Assembly: GCF_004010195.1 (NCBI RefSeq)
Contig: NC_057719.1
Location: 29,694,419-29,758,418 of the forward strand
DNA: 64,000 nucleotides
Origin: Chiloscyllium plagiosum
Taxonomy: Eukaryota
Direction: 5' to 3'
Part shown: piece by piece, positions 1 to 13,066 of the stretch
How positions within the stretch are numbered: position 1 is the stretch's first letter
Layout: every line of letters starts with the position of its first letter
The notes under the pieces: model-generated
What the model saw: the letters and a program-made list of their open reading frames with translations, nothing else
Told to the model about the DNA's origin: nothing
Databases searched by the model: none
Program-made: the position numbers and the translations under genes

Positions 1-30
1 CCAATTTGGTATAGTCAATAAATACTGGTC

Positions 31-430
31 TTCCCAGCAATGTCAACATCTCCTGAATGAATAATAAAATAATGTCTCCAGGTCAAATAGTTCAGCCCGA
101 GCAGTGAAGAGTAAATCAAGTTAGGATTGCTGAAGTGATTGTGTGTAACAAGTGTCGGAACAAACTATGGGCATAGTTGAACACCATAGGGAAAAGTATG
201 GACTGCAGATGGAATCAAAAGTGTGGTGCTTTCCCAGCAATGTCAACATCTCCTGAATGAATAATAAAATAATGTCTCCAGGTCAAATAGTTCAGCCCGA
301 GCAGTGAAGAGTAAATCAAGTTAGGATTGCTGAAGTGAATGTGTGTAACAAGTGTCGAAACAAACTATGGGCATAGTTGAACACCATAGGGGAAAGTAAG
401 GACTGCAGATGGAATCAAGAGTGTGGTGCT
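31..430. repeat. 200-bp tandem duplication (31-230 and 231-430)
   Basis: Two adjacent copies at period 200 with 5 substitutions, all in the second half. Confidence 0.95.
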
Positions 431-507
431 GGAAAAGCACAGGAGGTCAGACAGCATCTGAGGAGCAGGAGAGTCAACATTTCAGGCAAAAGCACTTTAT
501 CAAGAAT
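391..507 (-). mobile_element. PLE family A pseudo-LTR cassette, decayed
   Basis: Matches the aaagtgaggactgcagatg...ttcaggaat unit at 22411 and 46057; hammerhead core mutated. Confidence 0.8.
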
Positions 508-705
508 CTGATACATAATGGCAATATGAATACTAAAGTGGCTAAGAGACAGAAAGCAGATTATTTTGTACAGGTTTTCCTGAGTTGTTGGTATTAGATC
601 ACTTCTCTTTCTGATGTAAATAAATAACCTGGATTTGGGTACACAAGACATAATTTCAAAGTTTTCAGCTGACTTAAAACTCTGAAATCTACTAACAATG
701 GGAAT

Positions 706-903
706 AAAGTTAAAAATCACATAAAACACCAGGTTATAGTCCAACAGGTTTAATTGAAAGCACACTAGCATTCAGAGTGCTGCACCTGCTCCGGCTCCGA
801 AAGCTAGTGTGCTTCCAATTAAACCTGTTGGACAATTACCTGGTGTTGTGTAATTTTTAACTTTGCACACCCCAGTCCAACACCAGCATCTCCAAATCAT
901 GAC
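706..903. mobile_element. Fold-back PLE-type pseudo-LTR insertion (family C)
   Basis: 12-bp TSD aacaatgggaat at 694-705 and 904-915; inverted arms at about 706-775 and 793-864; hammerhead 3' half gctcc-GAAA-GCTA. Confidence 0.75.
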
Positions 904-2279
904 AACAATGGGAATGGCAGTAACAAACTCCAAAAGAACATTATCAGAAAGGGAAAATGTGAAGGACACATGGCAGATGAAGGGAATATGTCAGCACAGG
1001 TTGCACATTAAAGCAGAAAAAGAAAGCATTAGTTAATAGATCTGTTTCTGACTAGAGGAAGGTAAATGGTGGAGGCTTCTCAATGTCCACTGATTGGAAC
1101 ACTGTGCTTCTTAATACATATAAATGAATTTGATTCCAATCAACTAACAGAAAAGTAAATCTCAAGATAAATGAAAACACTACCTTGAATATATCCAGAG
1201 GCATTCAGCAGTGAAACAGCTCGGAAAATAAGAGGCCAAAAATATATTTCATCATTTTAAGCGGTGGTGGGACAGAAAGAGATGCAGTAAACATCCCTCC
1301 CACAATTACTAGATATTCCCTTCTTTGTAAATATAACAAAATATACAGACAATACCAAAAAAAAGAACAAAGGTAAATGCCAAAGTATTTATGAGAACAC
1401 AGACATATCAGTAGATTAGTCAAATAGAGGCCAAATTAATATAGAGAAAAAAGTCAAGGGGACGATATACACACTGAAAAGTTAACTTTCTTTGTGCCAA
1501 CGGAGCAGAAATTAAAAGGGAAAGACAAAAATATATCCAAAATTGAAAGGACAAAATCAGGAGACCTTGTACATGAAGATCTGAAATAAAATTTATGGGA
1601 TAAAGTATAAAGCACAAGACAAGGAGATAATGCTAAACAGATAAATCATTGTTTAGATCATAATTAGAAAATAACATTTAGTTTAGATATCTTTCTTCAG
1701 AAAACAAAAGCCATGGAGCGAGTGCAGAAAAGATAAAAGCTGGGCTTTTATTTATATGCAGAGATGGAAATTTGATCTCTTTTCATTAGAACAAAGCTGG
1801 TTAGGATAAGATCTGAAATTTGTTCCAAGTTATGAAGGAATTAGAGAAATACTTCAAAAAATACTTCTATTACATAATCCTGGTCCTGTTAGAATTCTTG
1901 ACCTGCCTAGATCTGGAGTTGAGAGAGTCATAAAATTAAGAAATTTTCACCTCACCACATTTCTATACTTCAACAGAAATAAAAATCAGAGAGATATAAA
2001 TCGGGTTGTTAACTTATTACCCATTTTATAATATCACATCATATTACAAGGTCTACCAACTACCTGTAATTCTATGACAAATTTTCAATTGGAGCGAATG
2101 AAGTTGAGAGAATTTGTGCAGATAAATTGTATGAATCTCAACAGACACCAATGATCACCTAATTTTGTACTGAAGTGGTTCAACCTTAAATAGAAATTCT
2201 CTTTCATCATTTCAACATATTCAATTAATAAATATTCTACAGTTCGTTTAAACAGTCCTTTAATAATTGTAGTCCATAC

Positions 2280-2404
2280 CTGTGTTATATATTCAAAGTC
2301 AATAAAATATTCAGGAACAACCAGTTCATGGTCAAACACAAACCACTCATATTGACGAAGGCTGCAATCACAGCTGCCGTGGAACTTTAAGGAACTTGAG
2401 AATC
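2280..2404 (-). CDS. LRRC9: LRRC9 coding exon I (end of ART-like domain)
   Basis: catgcaag|GA...CAG|gtatgg; 125 nt, phase 1-0; FSSSLKFHGSCDCSLRQYEWFVFDHELVVPEYFIDFEYITQ. The AAG acceptor is the only nearby phase-compatible one, so it is less certain than the donor. Confidence 0.88.
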
Positions 2405-3276
2405 CTTGCATGTACATGAAACATGGGAGGCAATTAAAAAAGTTAGAAAATTAAACATATACATTTTTCAATAGTATTGGTAGAAACCTATCCAAAGAGC
2501 AACTTTCTGATACTAACATTGTGTGCATTAAATGATAACTGAAAAATATGAGAGCTAAGCTTGTAAGCTGTAAGAAATCAATTCTTTGTTAAGTCATACA
2601 ACAAGTTTTTAAGATATTATCTATGATTATTGTTAGGTTGTATGCAGATAGCCATCCTGTGCTTTTTGCAGAACACATTTTCTATTTTAGGTACCTGAAC
2701 CTTTTAAATATCATATACTGACCTCACTCAAAATAACCTAAGCATTTTTGGTCACTGTTTGACTTCCGAGTATTTTTTGCTTAATTCTACAAGTGGTGAA
2801 ATTTCACTGTCTGCAGAATTTTTCGCAATGTTGTTGCTTTTTGCCACACGTTTTCTTGCTGCAGACATGATAGTCTGATAGGCAGCCTTTTGGAATGGAG
2901 AACGATTGCCATCATACCATTGTGCTGGTAAAGTTCCCAGAAAAGTGAAAAGGGAGATGAGACTGTTACACAGGAGGTCATACCGACAGAGGATCTTGGA
3001 GAAGTATTCATTCTACTTCACTTACAGTGTACAAGTTGAATTTGCTTTCAGAGGCATATTAAGCTACAATCATCAGTGCCAACCTCAACAAAACCTAAAA
3101 TCATGAACAAAAGCATTACATTCAACTATCAAGGTTACTATAGTCCACTTCTTTTCTATCGCAGGTAGAGTTCAACAGCAACACCTCATAATTCGCAGGC
3201 CTTGGATGTACTGGAGAAGTCACCTCTACATTGGAAACATTTATATTTCCTATCCATTTAACAGTGAAGGAAGAAA

Positions 3277-3449
3277 GGAGAAAGTGAAAGTGAGGACTGC
3301 AGATGCTGGAGATCGGAGTCGAAAAGTGTGACACTGGAAAAGCACAGCGGTCAGGCAGCATCCGAGCAGCAGGGGAATCAATGTTTTGGGTATAAGCCCT
3401 TCGTCAAGAATGGGGTGGGGTGGGATTCAGGGAGGTGGCTGAGAGATAA
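3277..3449 (-). mobile_element. PLE family A pseudo-LTR fragment next to an N gap
   Basis: Same unit as 22411-22537, extended; Ns at 3450-3455. Confidence 0.75.
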
Positions 3450-3879
3450 NNNNNNAAAGTTGCCCCTTAGGTCTCTTTTATATCTTTCCCCTCTCACCCT
3501 AAACCTATGTTCTGGACAGGATGGTAGGATCTGGATGAGGTGGGGGGGAGGGGAGATCAGGAAACTGGTGAAATCAATGTTGCAATAATACTTATGGTAT
3601 TAGAGTGGACAAATCAAAGCAATTTTCAGCCAATAGAATACTTCCTAAGTGTCATAATGTAGGAAATGTGGCAGGCAGTTTACATACAGCTAGCCTCCAA
3701 CATATAGCAACGAGATATTGCCTGGATAACTTTTCTCTGCAATATCGACAGAGGGATGAATGTTGACCAGAGCAATTACCTGGTTCTTTATAGCACCAAA
3801 AGATCTTTTATGTTAACCTCAGAATCCCAAGCATTTCAGATATCCACCTATTTTGAAAAACGTACTTTTCCGCTGTCAT

Positions 3880-4862
3880 CCAGAAAGCCCTCCACCTCAC
3901 CACTCCATTCCCCATCGCACTGCTCTAAACCACCCCTTTCTAAATGCAATAAAGACAGAGTCTCACTTGTCCTCACTTAACACCCTACCAATCTCTGCTT
4001 CCAACCCATCATCCTTAAGCACTTCCGCCAACTCCAACTAGACCCCACCACTTCTTCCCTTTCACACTCTTCTCTGCCTTCCACAAGGACCGTTCCCTTT
4101 GCCAAGCCTTGGTTTACGCCACTCTCCCCAACAACCCTCCAAACCCCCAGGTACCTTCCCATGCAACCGGAAAAGATGCAAACCTATGGCACACCATCCC
4201 CCTATCTCCATCCAGGGCCCCAAACAGTCCTTCTAGGTGAGACAGAGGTTCACCGTTCCCTCCTTGAACCCAATTTATTGTATGCAGTGCTCCCAATATG
4301 GTCTTCTGTACACTGGGAAGACCAAACATAAACTAAGAGAACATTTCACTGAGCATCTCAGTCAGGTTCGCAGGGGCCGATGGGGCCTCACAGTAACCGC
4401 CCATTTTAAATTCCCCCTGCCACTCTCTTTCCGACATGACCATCCTTGACCTCCTCCATTGCCACAATGAATCAAATCGTAAATTGGAGGAACAACACTC
4501 ATCTTCCACTTGGACACCCTACAGCCCAGATGACTCAACATAGAGTTCTCCAATTTCAAATTACCTCCCTTTCCATCCACCGACTCCCTTCACAGCCCCT
4601 CCTCTCTTTTCCATACCTCTCAGCCACCTACCAGATTCATGCCTCCCATTGACCAATCAGACCGTACCCTTTACTTGAGTTCACCTATCCCCTTCTCAAC
4701 ACCCTTCATCCCACCCCCTTTATCTGCAGCTCCCTTTACATCCACCCTAGTCCTGAAGAAGGGTTACACCTGAAAAGTCGACTTCTTCATTTTCTGACCT
4801 TGCCTGGCTTTTTGCGTTCACCCAGGCTCCTGCTTGTCTGCCCTGAATTCCAACATTTTGTT
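3880..4862 (+). mobile_element. Penelope-like element 3' part (GIY-YIG endonuclease and pseudo-LTR), decayed
   Basis: IYCMQCSQYGLLYTGKTKHKLREHFTEH (GIY-YIG with CxxC-like insert); hammerhead-like motif at 4749-4782. Confidence 0.85.
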
Positions 4863-5460
4863 TTGTTTGCCTCCAACCCCAGAATGCCGACAGGGCCTCA
4901 GTTTAATATCTCTTATGAAAGGTGATACTTGCAACAATGTAGCACTACCACAGCATCACTCTGGATTATCAGTCTAGGTCTTTGTGCTCAAGTCTCTGGA
5001 GTGGGACCTACAACCAGAGGTAAACTTGCTGCTAATGAACCACAGCTGAATGTAGTAGTAGTAGCGCTGATCTGTCTGGCAGGCTTCACAAAAGGTGCAT
5101 GGTGCAATGACTGAAGACAACATATTACTTTGTATGCTCCATATAAAAAGCCTGGTATATCTGTTCAGTAAAAGGATTCCACTCCTTCAAAGTACAACTG
5201 GTTTCAAATCTCCCCAGCAGCCATCACAACACTTACATTCATGCCACAAGTAACATCATGAAATAAACAAACAATCGACATGATACAAGTAATGCTTTTG
5301 CTTCCTACGCAGTTTTGGAGGAGCTTTGCTGTAACATTCTTACCACATCTTCAAGCTTCATCATGGGGTGGTAGGGACAACATGCATACTGCATTTAGTG
5401 GGTAAGAATTGGGCTTGCTTTAGATGTGCTGGAAAATGGGGTTAGAATAGTTAAATTCTT

Positions 5461-5628
5461 CAAAGTTTGTGCGAAGATTTGTAGCTCGGGTGCTCGTTGT
5501 TATGGTTCTGTTCGCCGAGCTGGAAGTTTTTGTTGCAAACGTTTCGTCCCCTGGCTAGGCGACATCATCAGTGCTTGGGAGCCTCCTGCGAAGCACTTCT
5601 TTGATGTTTCCTCCGGTGTTTATAGTGG
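5461..5628 (-). mobile_element. PLE family B solo pseudo-LTR cassette
   Basis: 9-bp TSD taaattctt at 5452-5460 and 5629-5637; same sequence as the terminus of the GIY-YIG-coding element at 25094-25947. Confidence 0.88.
5535..5574 (-). ncRNA. Minimal type-I hammerhead ribozyme motif, intact core
   Basis: Minus strand gca-CUGAUGA-u-GUCgCCUagccAGGgGAC-GAAA-CG-UU-ugc; stem I gca/ugc, palindromic AACGUU stem III. Confidence 0.8.
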
Positions 5629-5915
5629 TAAATTCTTGTTTGTGACTGGCACAGACTTGATAGGTTGAAGGGATTTTTCTGTGCTGTGGACGTCTGCTTC
5701 TATGTATTGGATAAAGTCTAGACTTCTATTGGAATGTATGGATAGCTGCTAAGTTTTGGATTCACCTTACTGTCAAATATGAAAATGTTACTAAGTACAT
5801 TAGGTTCTTTCAGAGTCTACTTTTTCTTTCATTTTATTTTCTTTAACCATAGACTTATTCAAAGATCGCTAACTATTTTTGGAAAGCAAATCTAGTGCAA
5901 TATACTATTTGTTAC

Positions 5916-6056
5916 CTGTATCATTTGCACATCTGGTGTTCACTTTTCGAGGTCTGTAGACAGAATTTGCGTTTGGATACTTCAACTGTTCAACAGGTTC
6001 TGAATCGATGGCCTGAACACTATGACCAAGGAAAACTTTGGCAATAATGAGCTGAC
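5916..6056 (-). CDS. LRRC9: LRRC9 coding exon H
   Basis: ttgtttttag|GT...G|gtaaca; 141 nt, phase 1-1; QLIIAKVFLGHSVQAIDSEPVEQLKYPNANSVYRPRKVNTRCANDT(G). Confidence 0.93.
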
Positions 6057-6599
6057 CTAAAAACAAAGTTGAATGGTTTATTGCAATGTTTTCTGAAATT
6101 GAATTTTTGAATTCATTCAAACCTGACATGGAAGATATGTAATATAGCAATAGTGTGGAGGAAGATGACAAGTTGACCTGATGCATCCCCCCAATTTCTG
6201 CCAATAGACAAGATGTTTTGATTTTCCCAGTCAGAAAGCAATTTATGCAATGACCTGAGGGAGGTAAAGAATCACAGAGAATGGAAAGAAATAAATTCAT
6301 CCGTAACTTACATAGCTGACAATATCAATCTAACTTACTGTACATTATATTATTCAAAACCAATCAATTGCACTTCAAAGATTACATTTCGATGATCTCA
6401 ACATGGGAATAACCATTATATTTCACATATCAGTGACAACCACATACACTTATCTACTGAACATTCACCCAGTTTTGATATAAATTTCATTTACATAATT
6501 TTCCTAATTTTTCTTAAACTTGGCTTCAATGTTTTGAATCTTTGCTGAAATGCTGCTCAGAAGTGCCCATTTTGTATAGTAGTCAAGTGTTACAATTTA

Positions 6600-7240
6600 T
6601 ATAAAGTCTTCAACACAATGTCACTCAGCTTCTTTACTAGTTTTATGTCTTTCCTGAATACCACATACCCTTCAATATCCAGATTCCAAGCTAGGCCATT
6701 CTGCAGCCTTGTGTCAGTTACGGTCACTAGATTGTACTGATTAATTTTAATTGTGAAAGTTCATCGGTTTCGCTTCAAATGCTACACCCATTCAAATACA
6801 AAGCCTCAAGTTTCGTCCTTTAATTGTTTTTGTAATTTCCAGTCGTATCTGTGGATGTTCTCTTAGAGGTGCAGTCTCTGTCCCTTCCTGTCATTGTCTG
6901 TTTACCATTATGCATTTGCCCCACTCTTTGATTCACCACAATATTCCAAGTTTGATCCCTTGACCCTACTATTTAGTTTAGAATCCATTTCCCTAGTTTA
7001 CGTGGTTTGCAAGAACACCACTTCCAGTACAATTCCGGAGTAGACCTTCTCACCAATACAGATCCCACTTTCTCCGGCATTGCTGCTCGTGCTCCAGGAA
7101 CCAGAATCTACTTCCCCCATACTGGTCTTTCAGCCATACATTCATCTCACTAACTTTGTCAACCATATGTCAATTTCCCATGGCTCAGGTAATAATCCAG
7201 CTATTACTTTGAGATTTTACTTCTTAATTTGATGCAGGTC
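6600..7240 (-). mobile_element. Old CR1-like LINE 5' region fragment
   Basis: Degenerate resemblance to the CR1 ORF1/ORF2 junction; approximate. Confidence 0.45.
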
Positions 7241-7585
7241 AGTCTTCCCATTCTGCTTCACTGTAGTGAGTGCAGACTACTCTTTCCCCCACTTATATTC
7301 ATGGTTCATCATTGTATGGTGCATGCATCACAATGTAATATTTAAAGGGGTTTGTGTTGGAAAGTAGGAGGATGCAAATTCAATGGGTTGCACGGCCTCC
7401 TCCTGCGTTGTACTATTTTATGATTCTGTGAAACTGCACTTTTGGTAGAGTCCAACATGGTATATTATCTTTCATTTATAGTTTCAAATAATACAGTTAT
7501 GCCAACTCAATTCTTAAGAAATAATACAAGCACTCCCAAGAGAACAAAAATCTAATAATTAATACACATAATTTAATTAATTTAC

Positions 7586-7718
7586 CATATCTAAAAGGTA
7601 TTGCATCAAATACATTGGTGTTCTGGACTTTAGCTTGTTGCTGCAGGTAATCAATTCTGGGTTGTTCACATAGGCTCATACTATTACAGAGAGGGACTGC
7701 CTCATCACGACCTTGAAG
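7586..7718 (-). CDS. LRRC9: LRRC9 coding exon G
   Basis: ttttcttag|CTT...G|gtaaat; 133 nt, phase 0-1; LQGRDEAVPLCNSMSLCEQPRIDYLQQQAKVQNTNVFDAIPFRY(G). Confidence 0.92.
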
Positions 7719-7984
7719 CTAAGAAAATGAACAAAAATACGTGGATCAGTTACATTTGTTTTGTGAGAAGCCTGTAAATTGGTGTTTAACATTAATGACA
7801 AACTGTTCTCTATCAGTTGTGCAACTGTATAACAGTAAATGATCTATCTATACACATTTGAATAAAGTCCATGAAATATTACCTAGTAAAAAATTAGAGC
7901 AGCGACACTTCTGTAATTCAGATTATATGCTAAAGCAAGGTTCCCCATTTCAAACATAAATGTCCAGGATGTAGAAGGGAGCAT

Positions 7985-8480
7985 CCATCAGCATCAACAG
8001 CAGTCCCTTGCAGACATGGATGACTGTCTTCAACTCGCAGGGGGAGTCTGCAGGTGACTCTGCCTGATACGGCTAACACAGGTTCTGTTACACTTGGGGC
8101 AGGTGGTGGTCACAGGAAGGGGGTGGATGGGGCATGATGTGACAGCAAGGTGTTTTTGACTGGCTTCCATTTTATCTGATGGCAAGTCTTGTGCTTGACA
8201 CTTTCCAGATCCTCCTCCACCACTTTGGATAGTCTTGCGCCAGTGATTCCCACGTGTCTGTGGGAATATTGCGCTTCGCCAATGAGGCCCTGAGAGTATC
8301 ACTGAAGCACTTCTTCTGATCACCTAGGATTTGACTGCTGTTTCAAAGCTGTGAGAACAGCACCTGCTTGGGAAACCTCAAGTCAGTCATGCTGTTGATA
8401 TGCCCAGCCTGTCATATCCGACCAAGGATGGTCAATGCCTCAATGCTGTGATGTTGGCCTGGTTGAGGACATTATTGGAG
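7985..8480 (-). mobile_element. RTE-clade LINE 3' fragment
   Basis: C-terminal zinc-finger-like TTCPKCNRTCVSRIRQSHLQT; (GAT)n-like tail near 7985-7997. Confidence 0.7.
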
Positions 8481-9023
8481 CAGTAAGAGGATGAAACCCT
8501 GAATTAGGCAGTAATTGTCTAAACATGGGCCTCTACCTGGCTATCGGTTAGGGACCCACTCAACACTTTACCCACCGCCTGCAAAATTGTGGTGGGATGG
8601 GGTGGGTGGGCTAGTGGTGGACATGCCTTAATTTATGGTCTACTCACTTTGTTTCATGTTTATGGGTATCCTAAATAATTGAGTCCACAGAAATGCTTAT
8701 GAGGCTGGTTAAGAGCTACAATCATACCTGCTGGGAATTTTGGTCAAGCTAGTTTAACTCTGACCTCAGTTAAAACTATAGCCAGGACATGTGGTGAGCT
8801 GTTCTGTAATCTGTGACCTGAAGTTTCCCATGTTGTCCAAATAAGGCAAGTGTCATGGTATCTCTAGACATACAGGCACCACGAGTACTTTTTGTGGAGT
8901 ATGGCATGTCACAGTTAATGGCTTGGTCACAATATTTGGGAGCTGTCTATTGGTAAATGTCATTGGCTGGTAAGGAAAGGATCACATTTTCAGATAAATT
9001 AACAGAACAAAGACGTTTTTTCT

Positions 9024-9054
9024 CAGAGAGAGAGAGAGAGACAGACAGAGACAG
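9024..9054. repeat. (AG)n/(AGAC)n microsatellite
   Basis: cagagagagagagagagacagacagagacag. Confidence 0.85.
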
Positions 9055-9179
9055 AAGCAGCAGCTTCAAGATCGCAGCAGCTTCGAGATCACATTGGAAA
9101 AGCACATACTTTGAAATTACTTTCAGAGAGAACAAAGAATCATTAGGCCTTCACCAAAACCACGTTAGCTACTTTACTC

Positions 9180-9926
9180 TGTTATGAAGTTGAAGGCGTT
9201 TACTATACCTTTAAGAGAGTGAATGCTGTTTTGCACTGAGAGCTTACAAGCACCTGTCATGTGACTAGCTAGCAGTCTCAGAGTGTACTGGAAAATTGAA
9301 AATATGTAACATTTGGCTGTGAAATAGATACAGGAGTTGGTTGCTGTTTTGACAACAATCCAAATTTAATCAGTTTAAATTAGGCCTCAGGATACTAAAA
9401 CCCAAATGAGTTTGAATTTATTGTTTTTGCCAACATCAAACCGACGAGAAGATCCGATGTTGGGGGTATACAAAGCAGGCATTTGAAGGTCAGACAGAAT
9501 AACTGCCATCGAGAGAATAACTGCCATTAAAACACTCTTTCAAATATACCTTTTCATACGAAACATCTTTACAGTAAAAAGAAAGACAATGACCCAGGGA
9601 GCTCTTCGGCTGAAAGAAGAAAGACACCAATGATGACAGTCACTGTATGGTTTTGAAATTAAGTTGATGTAATTTTAATAAGAGTTTATTGCAACAATAT
9701 ATCGTTAGAGTTGGAGGCAGATAATAAACCGTTAAGAGAAAGGGGGGCTTAGAACTGTGAATAGTCGTTTTTTAATGTTCACTTTCACAGTTAAAGAATA
9801 AATTAATATCATTTTTGTTAAATAGTGGAATTTGGGAATTCTCTGTCACTCATATTTTAACAGAGTACGAGGCGAGGTGAGCTTTTCAGGTCGATTAACA
9901 GAGGAATTCACTACCGTGTTGTAACA
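9180..9926 (+). mobile_element. Solo LTR (4-bp TSD)
   Basis: TGTTA...TAACA termini; TSD actc at 9176-9179 and 9927-9930; AATAAA near 9797; related 5' fragment at 56821. Confidence 0.88.
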
Positions 9927-11359
9927 ACTCGAATCAGGGTAGTATGGTTAAATGCGAATTAGAGAAAGTAAGGTAAAGTGAAGTTTAATGAAATGAGTTA
10001 CAGTTAAAAGTTAGGTTAGATGAAATAAGAAGTAAATGTTACAATGAATATATATTTTATATTAAATATTGGTACTTAGTGAATTAAAATAAAGAAGAGT
10101 TTGTTTAATTCAGTTCTGAATCGGTTCCCTGCCTTTTGTCTGTCACACAAACGAATACCTAGGTAAAAGGTTTGAGTACTACTTTTTGTGCAATACCATG
10201 GACATCACCGAAATGCCACTATCCTGTTAACTAAGTTGTACCTTGTTATGAATGAAGCAGGGATGAATTGATAAATTGAAAGTATTGAAAAACCAGTGAA
10301 TTCCCTGGGATGAATGTAACAAATCTCTATGCACTGAGTATGAGATGAGATTTTTGCAGCATTCAGAGGGAATCAGTAAGAAGTACCTTTGGCAATCTTG
10401 CATCATGATTTTGCGTATATTCTATTATAATATGTAGGTGGTTAAAAACTAGGTTCATTCATGGTTCTTAAACAGCTCTTAAATAGATATTAATTCTCAA
10501 CAGGCATCAGCTGAAGACATCAACAATCTTCTCAAAGACAAAGCAACATGCCAAGACTGTAGGAAGGTGGATGACAGGAACCTTGTCAATTGTGAATTAA
10601 CTACATCAGACAAAATCATCATAAAATTCAATAGCTTGTGGGCTTAAAGTTGAGTATGATGCCAACACATTGCTCAGTGTTCAAATGGCAATCCAAAGGA
10701 TGAAGACTAATAAGGAATGGAGTCTGACTAAAACATCTACAAACTTGTGGTATATATGCAGCATACTGTCCAGTCAACATGCTATTATATGAGAACTCAG
10801 CATTGAGTCTGAAAATGAAATATTAATTCTATGAGTCATTCTGAAAGAAAGAAACAAGGAAGAGAAGTTGGCTAAATGGGTTAGAAAGATTACACCAAAA
10901 GATTTGACATTAAATACTAGTCATTGCTTGCCTAAAGTATGACAAGCCTACAACAAATCTACATTTCACTAATGCACAAAAACCTCAACAAGGAACTTTA
11001 ATCAATTGTGATCAACAGAAGTAGTAAAAGATTGCATTAGCTCAAATTAAGTGACTCATAAGGCTTTCAGAAGAAGTGATAAACTGGATGTTTGAGAATT
11101 ACTTAGAATCTAGAAACATAGCTAAAACAAAAATCTGATTAAAGAAAGAGAAAAGATAATGTATACAGAAGTTAGCAAGAAACACAAAAGAAGACTATAA
11201 AAGATTCTTTAGGTAAGTGAAAGGAAAAAGAGGAGCAAGGACAAATATGAGTCCATTATGAGGAAGGGCATATTCTAAAATCTTCTCTCCAGAGAACAAA
11301 GGCTTCAAATCGATAGAATTGCTGTTGTCACCACCGATCTACATGGCAAAGAGATTTAG

Positions 11360-11839
11360 GTCACATATCAAAAGGCACTTAATGGCACTGGTGGTGCTGC
11401 ATGAAAATACTTAAATTGATGCAAACTCCAGTGTCCTCACCAAAGCCAATTGCCGGCATTGCAACCATCAGAAAAAAAATCAACTCTGCTGGTCTGGACA
11501 CTGTACATGGAAGAAAAAATAACCAGCTTCCAAAACAAGTGCTTTGCTGACAATCTAAGGATGGCATCTGATCTCATGGAGGATAAAGAAAACATTTCAA
11601 GGACATTCTGAAGATTTGCTCAAATAGGGGACAAATTAACATGGTGTCTGGAGGAACTTTTACAACATGTGTTGATGCCTCATCAAACAAGCTGTAACAC
11701 AATTCGACCTATCACAAATTTTTCCTCAGGACAACACCCGTCCTCTATTCAAAGATCTGTGGCTCCAGGATTGGCCTGCTGAGTCACAAGAGGTTACAAA
11801 ACTCAAAACCTAGCAGACATCACTCTCATTTCGAGGGAG
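11360..11839 (+). mobile_element. RTE-clade LINE 3' fragment, interrupted by a solo LTR
   Basis: Degenerate RTE C-terminus similar to 54900-55380; tail resumes after 12458. Confidence 0.6.
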
Positions 11840-12454
11840 TGTCACAAAGCTAGTCCCTTGGCTCAAGGATACTCTGTCCTTGAGTTTTTTCAGAGGGGTA
11901 ATAAACCTGGCCAGGCTCTGACCAGTCTGGTTTGGTACAGAAATGAAAAGGATTTTGAGAGGCCTTTTTGTTTATATGTAAACAGATGAGACTTCAGGCC
12001 AAAATGCCCATGTTTTGTAAGTGACCTGTATAATGAAAGGGGAGTGGTCAGCTCTCTAGCTGAGCAGTTTAGTTCAGTCCTGAACTGGTGAGGAGTTTAA
12101 AAGTGAGCTGTGAAAAATCCCTCTCTCTCTCTTTCTGCCCTTCAAATTCAACCTATAAGCATGTGTTCCATTTATACTGGTTATTAAAAGGAGTTTGTTT
12201 AAATGGACTGTTGTATATATTCGGAACAACATAATTAAATCTATTTTGGATAGACTGAGGTTTCTACAGGGTACTTCATTATTTTCTTTGCGTTTCATTG
12301 TGTAATGTTGTGAATAAACTTTTGTCTGTTTTAAACCTGGTAGTCAACCTCGCTAATTTAATCTGAATAATTTTCACTGTCGCTTACCGAAACAAATTGC
12401 AAAGTTATGGTCTGGGCTGCCTGCTTAAGAATGTTTTGAGTGGTGTTCATAACA
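11840..12454 (+). mobile_element. Solo LTR (4-bp TSD)
   Basis: TGTCA...TAACA termini; TSD ggag at 11836-11839 and 12455-12458; AATAAA near 12313. Confidence 0.88.
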
Positions 12455-12544
12455 GGAGTGACAACGATTATGATGAATGTACCATGCCAAAGCTAGATAG
12501 GTAACACACCCCTTTTTGAGAATGACGTGCACAAATTATTTTCA

Positions 12545-13066
12545 TAGATACATAGGAGTTAAGAGTATGAGGCGACTCTTTGAACCTGCTCCACCAATCA
12601 TCACGATCGTGGCTGATAATCCAACTCAATAGCTAAACTCTGCTTTCTGCCCGTCTCCTTTGATCCCATTTGCCCTAAGTGCTATATCTAGCTGCCTCTT
12701 GAATACATTCAATGTTTTGGAATCAACTGGATAATGAATTTCACAGGCTCACCACTTTTTGGGTGAAGAAATGTCTTCTCACCTCCATTCTAAATAGTCT
12801 ACCCTGAATCTCAGACTGTGACCCTTGGTTTTGGATACACCCACCAATGGGAACATCCTCTCTGCATCTACCCTACACAGTTCTGAGAGAATTTTATAAG
12901 TCTCTATGAGACCTACCCATTCCCCCTCCATTTGTCTGAACTCCAGTGAAAACAATTCCAACCTAGTCAATCTCTCCTCATAGTCAGTCCTGCTATCCCC
13001 AGAATCAGCCTGGCAAAGCTTTGCTGCATTCTTCTTCAGTAAAGAAGACCAAAACTGCACACAATT
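12545..13066 (-). mobile_element. CR1 LINE 3' fragment
   Basis: YEERLTRLELFSLEFRQM...LIETYKIL...KTKGHSL, the CR1 ORF2 C-terminus. Confidence 0.85.

Noticed and set aside
1183..1225. Possible next LRRC9 exon (ttttccgag...AAG|gtagtg)
   Set aside because: The required phase-0 frame hits TGA after three codons.
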